Assembly (NCBI GenBank): GCA_964584485.1
Contig: CAZPAT010000001.1
Span: forward strand, 1-26,124
Reading direction: 5' to 3'
Length of the DNA: 26,124 nucleotides
Source: an uncultured Bifidobacterium sp.
GTDB taxonomy: Bacteria; Actinomycetota; Thermoleophilia; Miltoncostaeales; Miltoncostaeaceae
The position numbers and the translations under genes were made by a program. The notes under the pieces are model-generated. The model saw nothing but the letters and a program-made list of their open reading frames with translations, did not search any database and had not been told where the DNA came from. Shown piece by piece: positions 23,613 through 26,124 of this stretch (within the stretch, counting starts at the first letter, position 1; every line of letters starts with the position of its first letter).

Positions 23613-24241
23613 GTGATACGTCGTCGGCCGAAGGCGCGCATCGACGTCGAGATGCCCGCAGCCGGGATGGCCGCGGTGCGCACCACGTATCCGGGGGGCG
23701 GCACGGGTCGCCCGCCCGCGGCCGACGACCTCGACCTCGCCCTGGGCCTGATCGCCTGGGGAGTCCATCGCACGCACGAGAACGAGGTGCGGGGCATCGC
23801 CGAGCGGGTGCGCGACCTGGCAACGGCCATCGCCGCCAGTCCGGATGGATCGCTGCCCGCGGGAACGGTGCGGGTGGGCACGCGGTCGCGTGGCACGGTG
23901 GACGTCGAGCTCATCCCGTGGTCGGGCGACCGGGGGCTTACGCGCATCACCTGCGAGCTCGCCGGCTCGGCCGTGGGGCCCGTTCCGGTGGTGAAGGGTT
24001 CGCCATCCGCGGCGGCCCTCGTGATCTCCGGCCTCGCGGCGGCAATGTGGCTGGCGGGGGACTGGGACGCCGATGACCGACTGGCCCTCGCCCTGTCCCT
24101 CGAGGGCCTCACGGCCTGGTACCGGGAGGCGCACCGCATGACGCCCGCCCGCGACGCCGTGCATGCGGCGCGCAATCATGCGGCGGACCGGCTGCGGGAC
24201 GCCGGACGGGTGCCGCCGCCCTGCCTGGCGGGGTCGCCGGA

Positions 24242-24245
<4 letters not shown>
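23613..24245 (+). CDS. Hypothetical protein (~210 aa)
   Basis: Only GC3-biased frame between hup and acs; start uncertain (GTG 23613 or ATG 23652); no family recognised. Confidence 0.65.

Positions 24246-26124
<1,879 letters not shown>

Overview
Very GC-rich chromosomal window that looks actinobacterial. The HU beta-arm (GVDPRNP) and gene set suggest Thermoleophilia, which is an inference. It holds about 28 CDS and two tRNAs (initiator Met-CAT, Leu-TAA), with no CRISPR array, integrase or transposase. Housekeeping-type genes are mgsA, an RpoD-family sigma factor, an ArsA/Get3-like ATPase pair, PhzF-like, Ppx/GppA, HU and a partial acs. A central accessory block (about 5.0-18.3 kb) holds a YahG/YlbE (DUF1116) homologue, a TauE/SafE exporter, an MMPL + tandem double alpha/beta-hydrolase operon converging on an ArsR-DUF2892-MMPL-methyltransferase operon, and then an HTH protein, N-terminally truncated FdrA/YahF, an MSMEG_0565-type glycosyltransferase and a beta-propeller. 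Best leads: (i) a MASE1 sensor fused directly to an EamA/DMT-like transporter domain (left edge, absent from the ORF track); (ii) a physically split, degenerate YahF/YahG (FdrA/YlbE) pair bracketing the two MMPL operons; (iii) a two-active-site hydrolase coupled to MMPL; (iv) a MOSC protein lacking its Mo-ligand Cys; (v) tRNA-Leu(UAA) with a U73 discriminator; (vi) about ten apparently leaderless genes, contrasted with a ~255-nt structured leader on the sigma factor gene. Family consensus motifs quoted are recalled from established knowledge, not from a database search, and need HMM confirmation.
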